Numbered from the stretch's first letter, positions 12,780 through 24,967 are shown. The stretch: DNA of 64,000 nucleotides from Chiloscyllium plagiosum (GCF_004010195.1 NC_057730.1:34378923-34442922); one strand, 5' to 3'. Numbers and translations are program-made. Notes: generated from the sequence alone by a model not told the origin.

Positions 12780-13136
12780 GTGGGCGGGTTGGGGGTCGTG
12801 CTCTTTCTATGAGGGGGCGGGGTACAATGGATGAGGGGCGGGGTCCTGGCGGGCGGTACCTGTCGGTTGCGGTGGTAAGAGGGGACTGTCAATTTGGGGC
12901 GTGACCTCGGCAACTGCGGGCGGGCCCAGAGTGGTGGGGGCGTGACCATAGTGTCCGGGGCGGGGCTCGTGTCTGGAGCAGCCTCTGACCGTTTGGGGCC
13001 TGTCAGTCTAGGGGCGGGGCTCGTCGTGTCTGGCGCGGGCTCTGACCGTTTTAGGGGCGGGGCTCGTCGCCACTGGGGGCGGGGTGTGACTGGTTACTTC
13101 GCCGGTTCCGGAGCAGGCGGCCTCCCCACCTTGGTC
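12780..13136 (+). promoter_or_regulatory. PGP CpG-island promoter and 5'UTR with six GGGGCGGGG Sp/KLF boxes
   Basis: GC boxes start at about 12814, 12835, 12957, 13011, 13054 and 13076, plus two GGGGCGTGAC. CpG-rich sequence continues through exon 1. Confidence 0.8.
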
Positions 13137-13737
13137 ATGTCTGCCGGTTGTGTTCACTTGTCCGGGGCTCTCTGCTCAGAGGTCCTGGCGTCGGTCGATA
13201 CCTTGTTGTTTGATTGCGATGGGGTGCTGTGGACAGGGGACAGCCCGATCCCCGGGGCCGTGCAGTTAATTAACCGGCTGCAGGAGCGGGGGAAGCGGGT
13301 CTTCTTCCTGACCAACAACAGCAGCAAGAGCAGGCAGATGTACGGGGAGAAGCTGCACGGCCTGGGCTTCCAGGCTCGCCCTGAACAGGTCTTCGGCACC
13401 GCGCCCTGCGCCGCACTCTATTTACGGCAGGAGGCCAAGCTCCGAGGCTCCGTCTACCTGATCGGCGGCGCAGCCCTCCGCGGGGAGCTGGCGGCACAAG
13501 GCATCGTCTGCTCGGGCTCTGGACCCGGTCCGGAGCTCACCCCTGGACCCGGGCCCACGCAGGCTTGGGCGGCCGAACCCCTTGATCCGTCTGTGGGCGC
13601 CGTGCTGATCGGCTTCGACGAGCACTTCACTTACATGAAGCTGTGCCGGGCCGCCCGCTACCTGCGGGATCCCTCCTGTATCTTCCTGGCCACGAATACC
13701 GACACCCTGCTCCCAACGGAGGGAGGTGGGATCCCGG
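13137..13737 (+). CDS. PGP: Phosphoglycolate/glycerol-3-phosphate phosphatase, exon 1
   Basis: HAD motif I FDCDGVLW and motif II LTNNSSKSR; ...IPG|GTAAGA donor (phase 1); synteny with BRICD5 and MLST8. Confidence 0.95.
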
Positions 13738-14292
13738 GTAAGAACTGACAAGAGGAACAGAAGCACTTGCAGAAACCGGGCTTGGAGAGCATGCCTCCAG
13801 TGAAGGATTGTGCAAGGCGACTGGATTTCAGGAAGTGAACAAGTCAAAAGCTGTTGTTGTACCGTATTACTCTGTGGTGTTTTGGAGATTAACTTTCAGC
13901 GGAGTCTATAATTTATTGGGTTTAATTCTCAGTCTGAAAACACCGACAAATTAGTTCGGAAAATTGCATGTTAGAGTCAGTTAGCTGGTGAAAATTGCGT
14001 TATTGAATCAATTGAGCACACTGAAATAAGATTAATCGGCCTCGCCAGTTTCAAGGCCATATCGATGCTTATATTATGAAATTTAAAATATGGCGATAAT
14101 GTTATTTCACGGTTCCAACAGCACTCCATCAGTACTGTCAGCTGAAATCCAACTGCGACATGGCCCGTATTTGCTTGATGTTTGGCTGAGAATTGCTCCA
14201 GTTAGTTTTCTGTCAGTGAACACTTGCTTGTTCGCTATGTTTATTGTCCTGAAGTTTCTACATTAGTAGAGTTTGGGACTATGGATTAATGT

Positions 14293-14421
14293 CTTCGAGA
14301 GAAAGTGAGGGCTGCAGATGCTGGAGATCAGAGCTGAAAATGTTGCTGGAAAAGCGCAGCAGGTCAGGCAGCATCCAAGGAACAGGAGAATCGATGTTTC
14401 GGGCATAAGTCCTTCTTCAGG
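14293..14421 (-). mobile_element. Short PLE-derived insertion in the PGP intron
   Basis: 17-bp TSD ggactat(g/a)gattaatgt at 14276-14292 and 14420-14436. The minus strand begins cctgaagaaggacttatgcccgaaacatcga. Confidence 0.8.
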
Positions 14422-14801
14422 ACTATAGATTAATGTACTGTGAAATTAACGAGCAGAACCGGTTCTGCTGGTTTTTCAAGTCTACTCTAAACTCATGGCT
14501 CTACCAATTATTAGACATTTGTTATCCCCAACCCTGCTGCCACTTAGTTTCTTGAAAGTAGCAAAAAAACTCAGGACTAATAGAAGCATAATTTGGGAAA
14601 TTCCTCTCTGATCCCTTCACGTAATCAATTAGTTTTTCTATGACAATGTGACTTCCTATTTCAACTGATTAATTGTCTCAATAGCTTTGTATTAATACTC
14701 TAATATCAGCTCCTATATTTCCAGTGTTATCCCCTTAATCATGTATCCCACTAAGTCCATAGTTATGATAGCTTGATACTAATCCTGTTCTCTCTCCACA
14801 G

Positions 14802-15124
14802 GCACAGGCTGCTTGGTGAAGGCAGTTGAAGCAGCGTCAAATCGCACGGCTCATGTCATCGGCAAGCCCAATGCTTTCATGTTCGATTGTATGGTGAAAG
14901 AGCATGGCATTGATCCAAGCAGGACAGTAATGGTGGGAGACCGGCTGGACACTGACATCCTTATGGGGTCCAATTGTGGCCTCCGCACCATCCTAACTCT
15001 GACTGGCGTTTCCACCCTAGAAGAGGCAATGGCCAATCAGAAAAGTGACTCCCCTGATGACCACAAGCTGGTTCCCAGCTATTATGTGGGCAGTGTAGCT
15101 GACCTGCTTCCATCACTTGATTGA
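14802..15124 (+). CDS. PGP: PGP exon 2 ([10 protein letters not shown]...GKP...VGDRLDTDI...LPSLD*)
   Basis: Acceptor tctctctccacag|; HAD motifs III and IV; 601+323=924 nt, giving 307 aa plus stop. Confidence 0.95.
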
Positions 15125-15451
15125 TAAAATCCTGCTGATTTTATGCATGGGTTTTAATATATTATCATCTGTACTGTACAATCACTATTATGAATACCTC
15201 AGTGCAATGATGAGTGTTAAATGTTTTTGTATAAAGTTTATTTTAAATAGCAGTCTGCAATAATCATGTTGTTTCTTCTAAATAAGGCTGAAACAAAAGA
15301 TGTATTTCAGTGGCAAGCCAGATGCACTTGTCTGTAATATGGCACATTGGGGTGGTAGGGTGCATCTTGTCTGTACATAATACTACCTTTTCTAGGATGC
15401 AACTTTGGGTGTTATGTATCTGACAGGATGTTTTTGGATGCATTTAATCAA

Positions 15452-15457
15452 AATAAA
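15452..15457 (+). terminator. Candidate PGP polyadenylation signal
   Basis: AATAAA about 330 nt after the stop codon, followed by GT-rich sequence. Confidence 0.5.
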
Positions 15458-15810
15458 GTGTTACTGCTGTTCTGTTGTGATGCTGTAGTACTGTTACTTT
15501 CAGGGATTGATTATATTTTAAATGAAACATTGGATTTTAGAAGTGACAAAATTGACCATGGATGTCTATCATGATGTGCTAATGTTACATTATCAATGAC
15601 ACATTGTTATTGTTGTCCACAGCCATAGACTGTTGCCTGTATTAAATACTGTCAACCTTGAATAATATGTTTTAAGAAAACAAAGTAGCTCTATTAATTT
15701 CAGCTTAAATGGTGTGAGTGCGTGCATGACTTAATCTTTGATTTGGATTGATATCTGATTTGATGTTGAAAGTTCAATATTATTAAATGGAATTCTATTA
15801 TCTTAGTCTT

Positions 15811-16620
15811 TGGATGAATTTTTGATCTATTTCTGGGTTACAGAAGAACATGCATAGGACCAGCTATAGATCATTCAGCTCCTTGAATCCAGTGCATTTT
15901 GTAATTGAGATTATGGCTAATCTTCTACTTGAACACCATGTTCTTGCTCTATTCCCATATTCATTGATTTTTTTTTAAATGGAGAATCTTATCAATCTCA
16001 GTTTGAATATACTCCCTGACTAAACCACTGGGCTGCAGTATTCCAAGAATTCACCACCCTGTGAGTGAAGAAATTTTTTCTCCGTTCTAAATGGTCTGCC
16101 CCTTACTTTGAGACCACATCTCCTAGTTTTTGACTCCACAGCCAAGAGAAATCTCCCTACATCTAACATCTATGTACACTGTCAAGCCTTTTAAAAATGT
16201 TGTGTTTGAATGTGATCCCATTTCTTTCTTATAGATGCTAGCAATTATAGCCTCGCTCTATTTCATCTTTCCTTAAAAGACAATCTCTCCATTCATAGAG
16301 TCATAGAGATATACAGCAGTGAAACAGACCTTTCGGTCCATCCCGTCCAGGCCGGGTGCTGGCAGGTGGGACTAGATTGGGTTGGGATGTCTGGTCGGCA
16401 TGGATGAGTTGGACTGAAGGGTCTGTTTCCGTGCTATACATCTCTATGACTTGTCTGCTTCATTGCTTGCTCTACCTGTAACTTATGACTCATGAACTAA
16501 GACACCTAAGTCCCTTTGAAATCTCAATTACAAAATGCACTGGATTCAAGGAGCTGAATGATCTATAGCTGGTCCTATGCATGTTCTTCTGTAACCCAGA
16601 ATAGATCAAAAATTCATCCA
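15811..16620. repeat. Local inverted duplication, about 102 bp (15811-15912 vs 16520-16620)
   Basis: Arms are reverse complements apart from a single 1-nt indel. Confidence 0.9.
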
Positions 16621-17734
16621 TTTAAGAAATATGCTGAATTTCAGTTTTTCCTACAAATGGGATAAGTTCATGTCTTTCTACATTGTAATCTACCAAATGT
16701 TTGCACAAACACTTATCCTTGCCAAATCTTGAACTGTCCTTGCATCCTCCTCACAGCTCACACTCGTACCATACTGAAAATAAGAAGTGCTACAGATCAC
16801 AGTGGGTCAGGCAACGTCCATGCAGAGAGAGAAAGCAAGCTAATGATTTGAGTCAGAAGCATCTGGATGTTACCTGACCTGCTGTGATCTCCAACCTTTT
16901 CTGTACAGATTCCAGCATCTGCAGTAACTTGCTCTCACACTCATAACTAGTTGTGTATTATGTGCAAATTTGGAAAAACCATATTTAATCCCCACGTCCA
17001 AATAACTGATATAGATTAGGAATTACCCAAGCATACATCTGTTTTTACTTCAAATGTCCAGAATCTGCAGTATTCTGTTTTTACTCGGCTTATAGAGGGC
17101 ATGCTGAGGGTCTTGCCATTTCTTGATTCCTGTGGCCATCCATGATTTGTCCAGTTGCAAGTGACTAAAGAATGCTGCAGCTATTGCTCCTCTTGAGTTG
17201 CTGCTCCAGTCACTATGCTGTTGAGGTGTAGGATGCTGCATCCTTTCCTAAGTGGTCCAGTCAATGTCCATATTGGAAGGCAAAGTTAAAAAGCACACGA
17301 ACCAGGTTATAGTCCAACAGGTTGGATTATAATTTGGTGTTGTGTGATCTTTAACTTTGTCTAGCCCAGTCCAACATTGGCACCTCCACATACATGATGA
17401 GACCATGGCATTGTACAATGTCTCTGGTGATAAGGAAATTTGTTCCTATTGGTATGCAAAGGACTTCAATGATTCGACACCCGGTACAGCATAAGCCTCT
17501 GCATTTGGTTTGCTGGTTTTCCCCCTTTTACAGTGCTGATATGACAAATTCAGTCAATGGTTTTGCTGTCACTTTCTCCAGCTTGCTGATTTGCAGACAC
17601 TGCATATACCCATGTGTTGTTGAGAAAGAACCGCTGCATCCTTAAAATAGTTTTATTTGCTGTAAGTCCATCAAATGGCTTCTCACTAAATCTAACTTGC
17701 AAGCCATCCCTGGAAAAGTTGTAAGGGGTAGGAT

Positions 17735-20222
17735 CTCGATGTCACGGAGGACCTCAAGGAGGTGAAGGGCCAGCAAGCCTCACTCATTGCCTCGGAGGCC
17801 TCCAAGATAATCTTCCGATCCAGGGTCCGCTCAGTGGAGCAGGACGAGACGTGTTCACGTTTCTTCTTCTAGAAGGTGCACAAAGAGAGCTCCGTGCTCA
17901 GCAGCCTGAAGGAAGAAGATGGCTCGATAACGTCATCTCAGGCTGACGTCACGAGGATCAGCAAGTCCTTCTATGCCAGTCTGTATGACGCGAAGCCAAC
18001 CGACAGCGTGGCCTCCCAGTCATTCCTGTCTTCTATCACAGAAGTCTTAGACGACCGAACACAGGAGAGGCTGGACCGGCCGAGCTGACCAAGGCCCTCG
18101 AGACCTTCGAAAAAAATAAAACTCCTAGAAGCTTACCGGTCGAGCTGTATTCCGCTCTGTGGGACTTGATTGGCCAGGACCTGCTGGAGGTGTATGTCAG
18201 TATGCTTCGGGCAGGTACCATGAGNNNNNNNNNNNNNNNNNNNNNNNNNNNNNNNNNNNNNNNNNNNNNNNNNNNNNNNNNNNNNNNNNNNNNNNNNNNN
18301 NNNNNNNNNNNNNNNNNNNNNNNNNNNNNNNNNNNNNNNNNNNNNNNNNNNNNNNNNNNNNNNNNNNNNNNNNNNNNNNNNNNNNNNNNNNNNNNNNNNN
18401 NNNNNNNNNNNNNNNNNNNNNNNNNNNNNNNNNNNNNNNNTTTGGGGAGGGAATCTGCAATTGGATCAGACTGCTCTACACCAACATTGTCAGTGCAGTC
18501 TCAATCAATGGGTGGGAATCAGATAGCTTCCCAGTCAGATCTGGAGTCAGGCAGGGCTGCCCTCTCTCTCCTGCCTTGTTTGTGTGCTGCATAGAGCCAT
18601 TTGCCAAGTCCATCAGGAAGGATGCGAGCCTGAGAGGGGTGACTATTCCTGGCAGTGGGGGCCTGCAGATTAAGGCCTCCCTGTACATGGATGATGTCGC
18701 CATTTTCTGCTTGGATCCACTGTCCATGCACAGACTCATGTGACCAGTTTGAATGGGCCTCGGGGGCCAAGATAAACTGAGGCAAGAGCGAGGCCATGCT
18801 CTTCAGGAACTGGGCCGACCAATCCTCGACCCCCATCACTGTCAGGACCGACCACCTGAAGGTGCTGGGTATTTGGTTTGGGGGGGCTGGGCGTGCACCA
18901 AGTCTTGAGAGGAGCATATCAGCAAAGTGAGGCAGAAACTGGGCAGATGGAAGCTACGGTTGCTCTCCATCGCGGGGAAAAATCTGGTCATCAGGTGTGA
19001 GGCACTGTCACTGCTGTTAAACGTGGCACAGGTCTGCCCTATTCCCAGAACCTGTGCTGCTGCAGTCACCTGGGCCATTTTCCAATTTATATGGAGATCA
19101 AAGATGGACGGGTCTAAAGGGACTCGATGTATAAAGATCTGGGCAATGGGGGAAAAATACACCCAATGCCACCCTCACCCTGATGGCCACCTTTGTGTGT
19201 GGCTGCATCAAGCTGTGCGTGGACCCTCGGTACGCAAACACCAAGTGTCACTACGCATTGAGGTTCTACCTGTCCCCGGTGTTGCGAAGGATGGGCCTGG
19301 CTTCGCTGCAGCGGAACGCTCCAAGTAGTTGGACCGTTCCGTATCACCTGTCCTTCGTGGAGAAGTTTATGAAGAAAAACACCTTTGACCACAAGTCTAT
19401 CAGGAAGTGGTCAGCACGTAATGTCCTTGGGACCCTTCGGGAAAAGGAGAGGGCGGATCCTATCGAGCGGTTCCCTGAGCAGGCTGTCAAAGTCATTTGG
19501 CAGAATGCCTCATCGCCAGAACTTTCCAACAAGCACCAAGACATGGCTTGGCTGGTGGTGAGAAGGGCTCCGCCTGTGAGATCCTTTATGCACGCCCGGA
19601 CTCTCTGCCGCACCATACGCTGCCCTCGAAGCGACTGCGGGGGAGACGTGACTGTCACACACCTCCTTCTGGAATGTGCCTATGCAGAAGAAGTCTGGAG
19701 AGGAATGCAGTGGTGTTTGTCGAGGTTCGTCCCGAGCAGCGCCATGACGTGGGACTCCATGCTCTACAGTCTGTTCCCTGGGACGCACACCGAGACGAAC
19801 ATCAACTGTGCCTGGAGGATCATCAACTCAGTGAAGGACGCTCTCTGGGAGGTCCGAAACCTGTTGATCTTCCAGCTGAAGGAGCTGACCCCGACTGAAT
19901 GTTGCAGACTGACACATTCCAAGGTCCAGGACTATGTATTGAGGGACGTGCTGAAGTCTGGTGCAGCTGCCGCTAAGGCGCGCTGGGGAAAGACCACCGT
20001 GTAATGTCTGTCTGCCTAAGCACAGGGGGCTGACACAGTAAGGGGGCTCCGCTGACCCTCCAGCTAAATATGTGGATAGTAATCGTACAGACCTGTATAT
20101 ATGAATGATTACTCTGTCTCTGTATGCAAAGAAATGGAATGTTTACGTATGTATGGCATGACCAATTGTACAGATCATCAAAATATTTTACAAATAAAGT
20201 ATATTTTTGAAATTAAAAAAAA
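17735..20222 (+). mobile_element. 5'-truncated, disrupted Tx1-type (L1 clade) LINE ORF2 with poly(A) end
   Basis: RT motifs GVRQGCPLSP and LYMDD; C-terminal Cys/His region (CPRSDC...HLLLEC); stops and frameshifts; AATAAA plus an A-run at about 20193-20222. Confidence 0.9.
18225..18440. other. Assembly gap (216 N) inside the Tx1 RT domain
   Basis: Run of N. Confidence 1.
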
Positions 20223-22396
20223 TCTCAAACCAATGTCATTTTCTGCAATTTCCCCACTTCAGTTGCCTGAATCATGCCTCCAGTGGCCCATGAAATTTCA
20301 GTTCATCATGTTTCTCATTTGCTTCCTCTTTTTCACTCTCTATGCTTGGTGTTATTCTCTATTTCACCCTTTGGGACACATGTTCTCCAGTTGCTATCAT
20401 GCCCCATTCTAATAAGTCTGCAGATTGCTGAAGCAAACATCTTTTTGTCACAGTTATTCAATTTCCTCTCGACTGACCTGCCCAGTCCAAAGGTACCAAT
20501 ACCATAGTGGGTAGCCGTTGCCAAGTACTGGACGTCCTCCATTGTCTATTGCATGCTTCTGGTCAGTGAACAGAAATATAATAGCAACAAAGCCAAGTAT
20601 ATCACCCACTGGTGCCTTCAGCACACCCTATGCAAGGAATTTGAATCTGCATGACACTTCACTTTCTGGCCCAACATTTTGAGGCCAGTTACATTAGTCA
20701 CACCAATAACAGACAACATCAGCAACAATTTACATTTAATAATATTTTTACTAGTAGGAAAAAACAGTACAAATGCACCTCATAGAATTACAATCACACA
20801 AAAGTGAATGTTGAGGTACAAAAGGAGTGATTACCATTGGTTTGGTCAGAGGTTGATTTTAAGGAGGACATTAACAAAGGATAACCACAAGATTTAAGAA
20901 GGGAATTCTAGAGCAGAGACATTTGTAGTAGAAGGTTAAAGGATCATTGCAGGGTCAAGAACACAGAGTTCCAGCATTCTGGGAATGGGGCAGGGGATTG
21001 GAGGGGATGAATTGTGAGGCTCATGCAGAAATATGAAGGATAAGGATAGAAACAACAGAGTTTTAAACAACATTAAGTGAATGGAAGGCACAGAATTGGG
21101 AAGTCAACTAGAAGAGCATTAGAATGCTTACAACTTTAAAACAAAGGCATGGAGAAAGCCAGGATGCTAATTTGGTTTTAGATCTACGCAGTCATAGAAA
21201 AATAACTTGTATCTTTCACTATCATTAGGAATTCTCAAGGTGCTTTATAGCCAATGGAGTATTTTTGAAGGGTAGCCACCATTGTAATGTAGGAATAAAC
21301 ATCCAGTGCCTTTCACATAAACTGGGTTCTTTTCCTTTCTGTGTATTTTGTCTTAATCATAATGTTTAACATACATATCATTTCTTAATTTTTCTCTAGG
21401 AATTAGACCTGTGTTTTAAAAATGGAGTCTATGATTTTCTCTGTGAAAATCGCACTACCGAAGTTAATTAGAAAAAGAATGCACAAGAAAAATAAGCTTC
21501 AAGGTGAGTAAGATAAAAGAACACATTTCTGGAAGAAGTGAAACAGATTTTACTGAAACAGATAATAGAATTGCAAAAAGATATAAAAGGACCCAAGAAG
21601 GGTTTAGGGAGCAACAGATGTTAAACACAAGGCTAAACATTCCTACAGTATCATCAGACAAACCAACCAGAAAATAAGAATTCTGACATGTGAAATTGAA
21701 TATGAGGAAATTAGTTATCAGAATTTATATGACATTGAACTGACCTTTACACAAATTGTGTCTTGGCTCTCACTTGCAACTTCTTTCTGTTTCTCTGTTA
21801 CATGATATCAATCTTCTCCTCGATTTCTTTCCACATTCTGTTACTGCTATTTGTTGTATTCCTACTGCTTTGCAAATTGTTAGCCTTTTCAGTTTTGTTT
21901 CTATTCCTCCTCTCCTGGAGACACATATTGCAATACTGTTCAGATACAGAAACTCAAGGAAGCATAATAAAGGTTCTCTTAGATATACCTGCACATGTTC
22001 CAACCCCTTTCAGATACACCAAACATTCTCTCCCTTCGATTTAAACTCCTTTTACATCTGAACTTATTCTAACTGCTATCAGTGACTGTGTCATTGTCCA
22101 CCTGAACAGACCTGAACACCCCTCACATTCTTGAACATGCTCTTGTAGCTCAGAGACTCTCTGGCACCTACTGCTCTCTGGCTCCTGTCGTGATACTGGC
22201 ATTCTTCAGTGCTCTCCTTATTGTTGCTCCATCAGACCTGGCATCAGGTTGCAGTCCTTGGCTCAAACAAGCTGAGGCTCGGGAAAGGGAAGGGAATTCA
22301 GCCACAGAGGTTTCGGCTCCATCACAAAGTGTCGATGTCCACTGCAGCAGCAGGAGCCAGAAAGGAGAGGGCAATTGCAGGCAGCATTCTCAAAGT

Positions 22397-22447
22397 ATGG
22401 AGAGAAGCAGCAGAATTGTGAATACTCTGAAAGGTGTATTCCCATTT
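22397..22447 (+). CDS. BRICD5: BRICHOS domain-containing protein 5, exon 1 (MERSSRIVNTLKGVFPF)
   Basis: ATG plus 51 nt to a GTAAGT donor. Phase 0 is compatible with exon 2. The sequence itself is poorly conserved. Confidence 0.7.
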
Positions 22448-22973
22448 GTAAGTATTAAGTATCAGTGACATTCTAAGATATGCTGTTGCTTTAAATTGGT
22501 TGTAGAAGGGGGGTGGCGGTGGGGCACAGGAAGGAGAGATTTTCTTCAAGTACAACATGCAATACGTGACAAGCAACATCATAGGTTGGCTGAACTGAAG
22601 AGAAACTCCAGTGAGTAGTTTCTTTCATAGCTGCCAGTTTTATTATTTCAGAACCCTTGGACTTTAATATCAAGGTTTAGATTGAATGTTCAATCACAAG
22701 GGACTGTAGCAAGTTTTGCAGAAGCTGATACTCTACAATGGGCTGGGTCCTCATTCACTTTCGAATTTTAATTCTGACTGAGACTCGAGTTTGTCCAGCA
22801 TCAAAAGAAGAATTCCTTTCTGAATAGGTCAGAGACCTCAGAGAAACTCCATTTCCTTTCCATTCATGCAATTCAGAAAATAATTCTACCTGATTCAATT
22901 GAACGTGAGTGCAAGTTGTGCCAATCTGCAGATCCAACATTCAAGCTCTTCCCTCTTTACATTGTTCCCTCAG

Positions 22974-23114
22974 CAAATACAAGCAGATTCCATAGGAACT
23001 CAAGCCAGGATGAGACTGCGCATCTTATCGGGAGCTTTAGTCTTGCTGGTTGTGGCTGCAGTTATTGGGGTCTCAGCTGTGGGCATCCTGAGTCTGAGAG
23101 GAAGCAACCAACAG
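22974..23114 (+). CDS. BRICD5: BRICD5 exon 2 (type II transmembrane segment)
   Basis: ttgttccctcag| ... ILSGALVLLVVAAVIGVSAVGIL ... CAG|GTAAGC. Confidence 0.85.
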
Positions 23115-23979
23115 GTAAGCTAAACGCTCATCCTCACTCACTGCCTGACCCCAAATCTCAGGTCAATAAGCAAGTTTGAAAAGTGGAAAGAAGTTTGAGA
23201 CCAAATGGGAATTGGCCAGTTTGGAGGTAAATTTCAGATACTGAAGTTCAGGATTTTTGCAACAAACTGGGAATTTTGGAAAGAGCATAAGACTGAACAA
23301 CCCAAAACTTTAAAATGTGTACTTACAAGCAGCCAGAACACATCTCAAATTCTGACCTATCTGCTGTGTATTTTGGAATCTGTGGTTTTATCTCCAGCCT
23401 AGTCTTTTCACTCTGACATAACATTTCATAAACCAAGGTCACCTGATCCCAGCAAAAATAAAAATGCATTTCCATTTTAGTTAATGGTTAAAGTTGATTC
23501 AAGTCATACAGGAGACAACACTAAGAGGACTTATAGATATTGCTTTTAACTGTAATTCTTTTAGATTATACTTTTGTTTTTTCTAACATTTGTGGGCCGT
23601 TTCATGTATTTCTAGCATTAGCTCTGCTAAATAAAGATGTTGTTAATATTTCAAGGTGTTTAAATTGAATTCAAAATGTCAAAGTTTGATGGATTCCCTG
23701 GGTTGGTCCCAGTCTCTGAATTATGAGTGCAGCAAAGAAAGAACTTTCTTTGATAAAAAGCTATTACAATCCAAAATACCCTACATCCAATAAAATATCC
23801 AACGTTGGAAATTCTACTGCAAATTTGCCAGTAGCAAGCTCTCATAAACAACAATGAAGTTAATGTCCAGGTAGTCTGTTTTTAATTATCCTGGTGAAGA
23901 CTGGACCACCAGGAAAATTCTACCATTTGAATTACTGTGGTGCAGTGTTTTACGTTGACCCAAGAGAACAGATGAGGTT

Positions 23980-24475
23980 GTAGAGTCGTAAACTTATACA
24001 GCATGGAAACAGACCCTTCGGTCCAGCTCGTCTGCGCCGACCAGATAGCCTAACATGACATAGTCCCATTTGCCAGCACTTGGCCCTTATCCCTCTGATC
24101 TCTTTTTATTCATGTACACATCCAGATGCCTTTTAAATGTTGTAATTGTATATGCCTCCACCACCTCCTCTGGTAATTTAGTCTGTACACGCACCACCTG
24201 CTGCGTGAAGAAGTTGCCCTTCAAGTCCCTTTTAAATCTTTCTCCACGTTAAACCTATGCCCTCTAGTTTGGATCCCCCTACCTTAGGAATAGACCTTGG
24301 CTACTCATCCTACCATGCCCCTCGTGATTTTATAAATCTCTGTAAGGTCGCTCTTCAGTCTCCAACACTCCATGGAAAAAACCGTCAGCCTGTTTATCCT
24401 ATCCCTATCACTCCAACCTTTCAATCCTGGCAAAGTCCTTGTAAATCTTTCCTGAACTCTTTCAAATTTAACAAT
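23980..24475 (-). mobile_element. CR1/HER1 LINE 3' fragment
   Basis: Tail gcatggaaacagacccttcggtcc plus the reversed ORF2 C-terminus. Confidence 0.75.
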
Positions 24476-24967
24476 CTTTTGTTTAGTATGTGTCCAGTGC
24501 TGGTTTTTTGCTTTAAAATCCCATTCAAATTTGCAGCTCCAACAGTGCAGTATTCACCTGACAGTGAACTGGAATGTTAGCCAACATTTAACAATGAAAT
24601 CTCTACAATGAGGCTTAGACACACAGCCTACTCCGTGACAGGCAAGTGTTCTAGCCAATGTACCACAACTGGCACCTTGGTTTTATAGGTAAGCCAATCA
24701 GCTGGATTCGTCATGCTTAGTATTCACCTACAATTGTCCTGTTCATGTGGCAAACACATAGTAATGTAAACATTCATGTACAGTACATACACTCGGATAA
24801 ACTGTTTCTTCCTGTGTACATTTGCATTATCCAAGTCAACCTCTCTTCCTCTGTCCAATAAAATTTCTATGTTGTCATGTCTGCTGAAATTCAGTGAAAC
24901 CAAGAGGAGATCGTAGTCACTACAGGTTGTCGCTGGTTTTAATATACACATTTCTGCCTCTCCTTAG

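Noticed and set aside
12894-13136. 81-codon in-frame N-terminal extension of PGP in the ORF track
   Set aside because: It starts at TTG and runs through GC-box promoter repeats. An open frame is expected by chance in GC-rich DNA, and homology starts at ATG 13137.
22190-22396. Signal-peptide-like upstream extension of BRICD5 exon 1
   Set aside because: It has a non-ATG start, and BRICD5 is a type II membrane protein whose TM segment is in exon 2.
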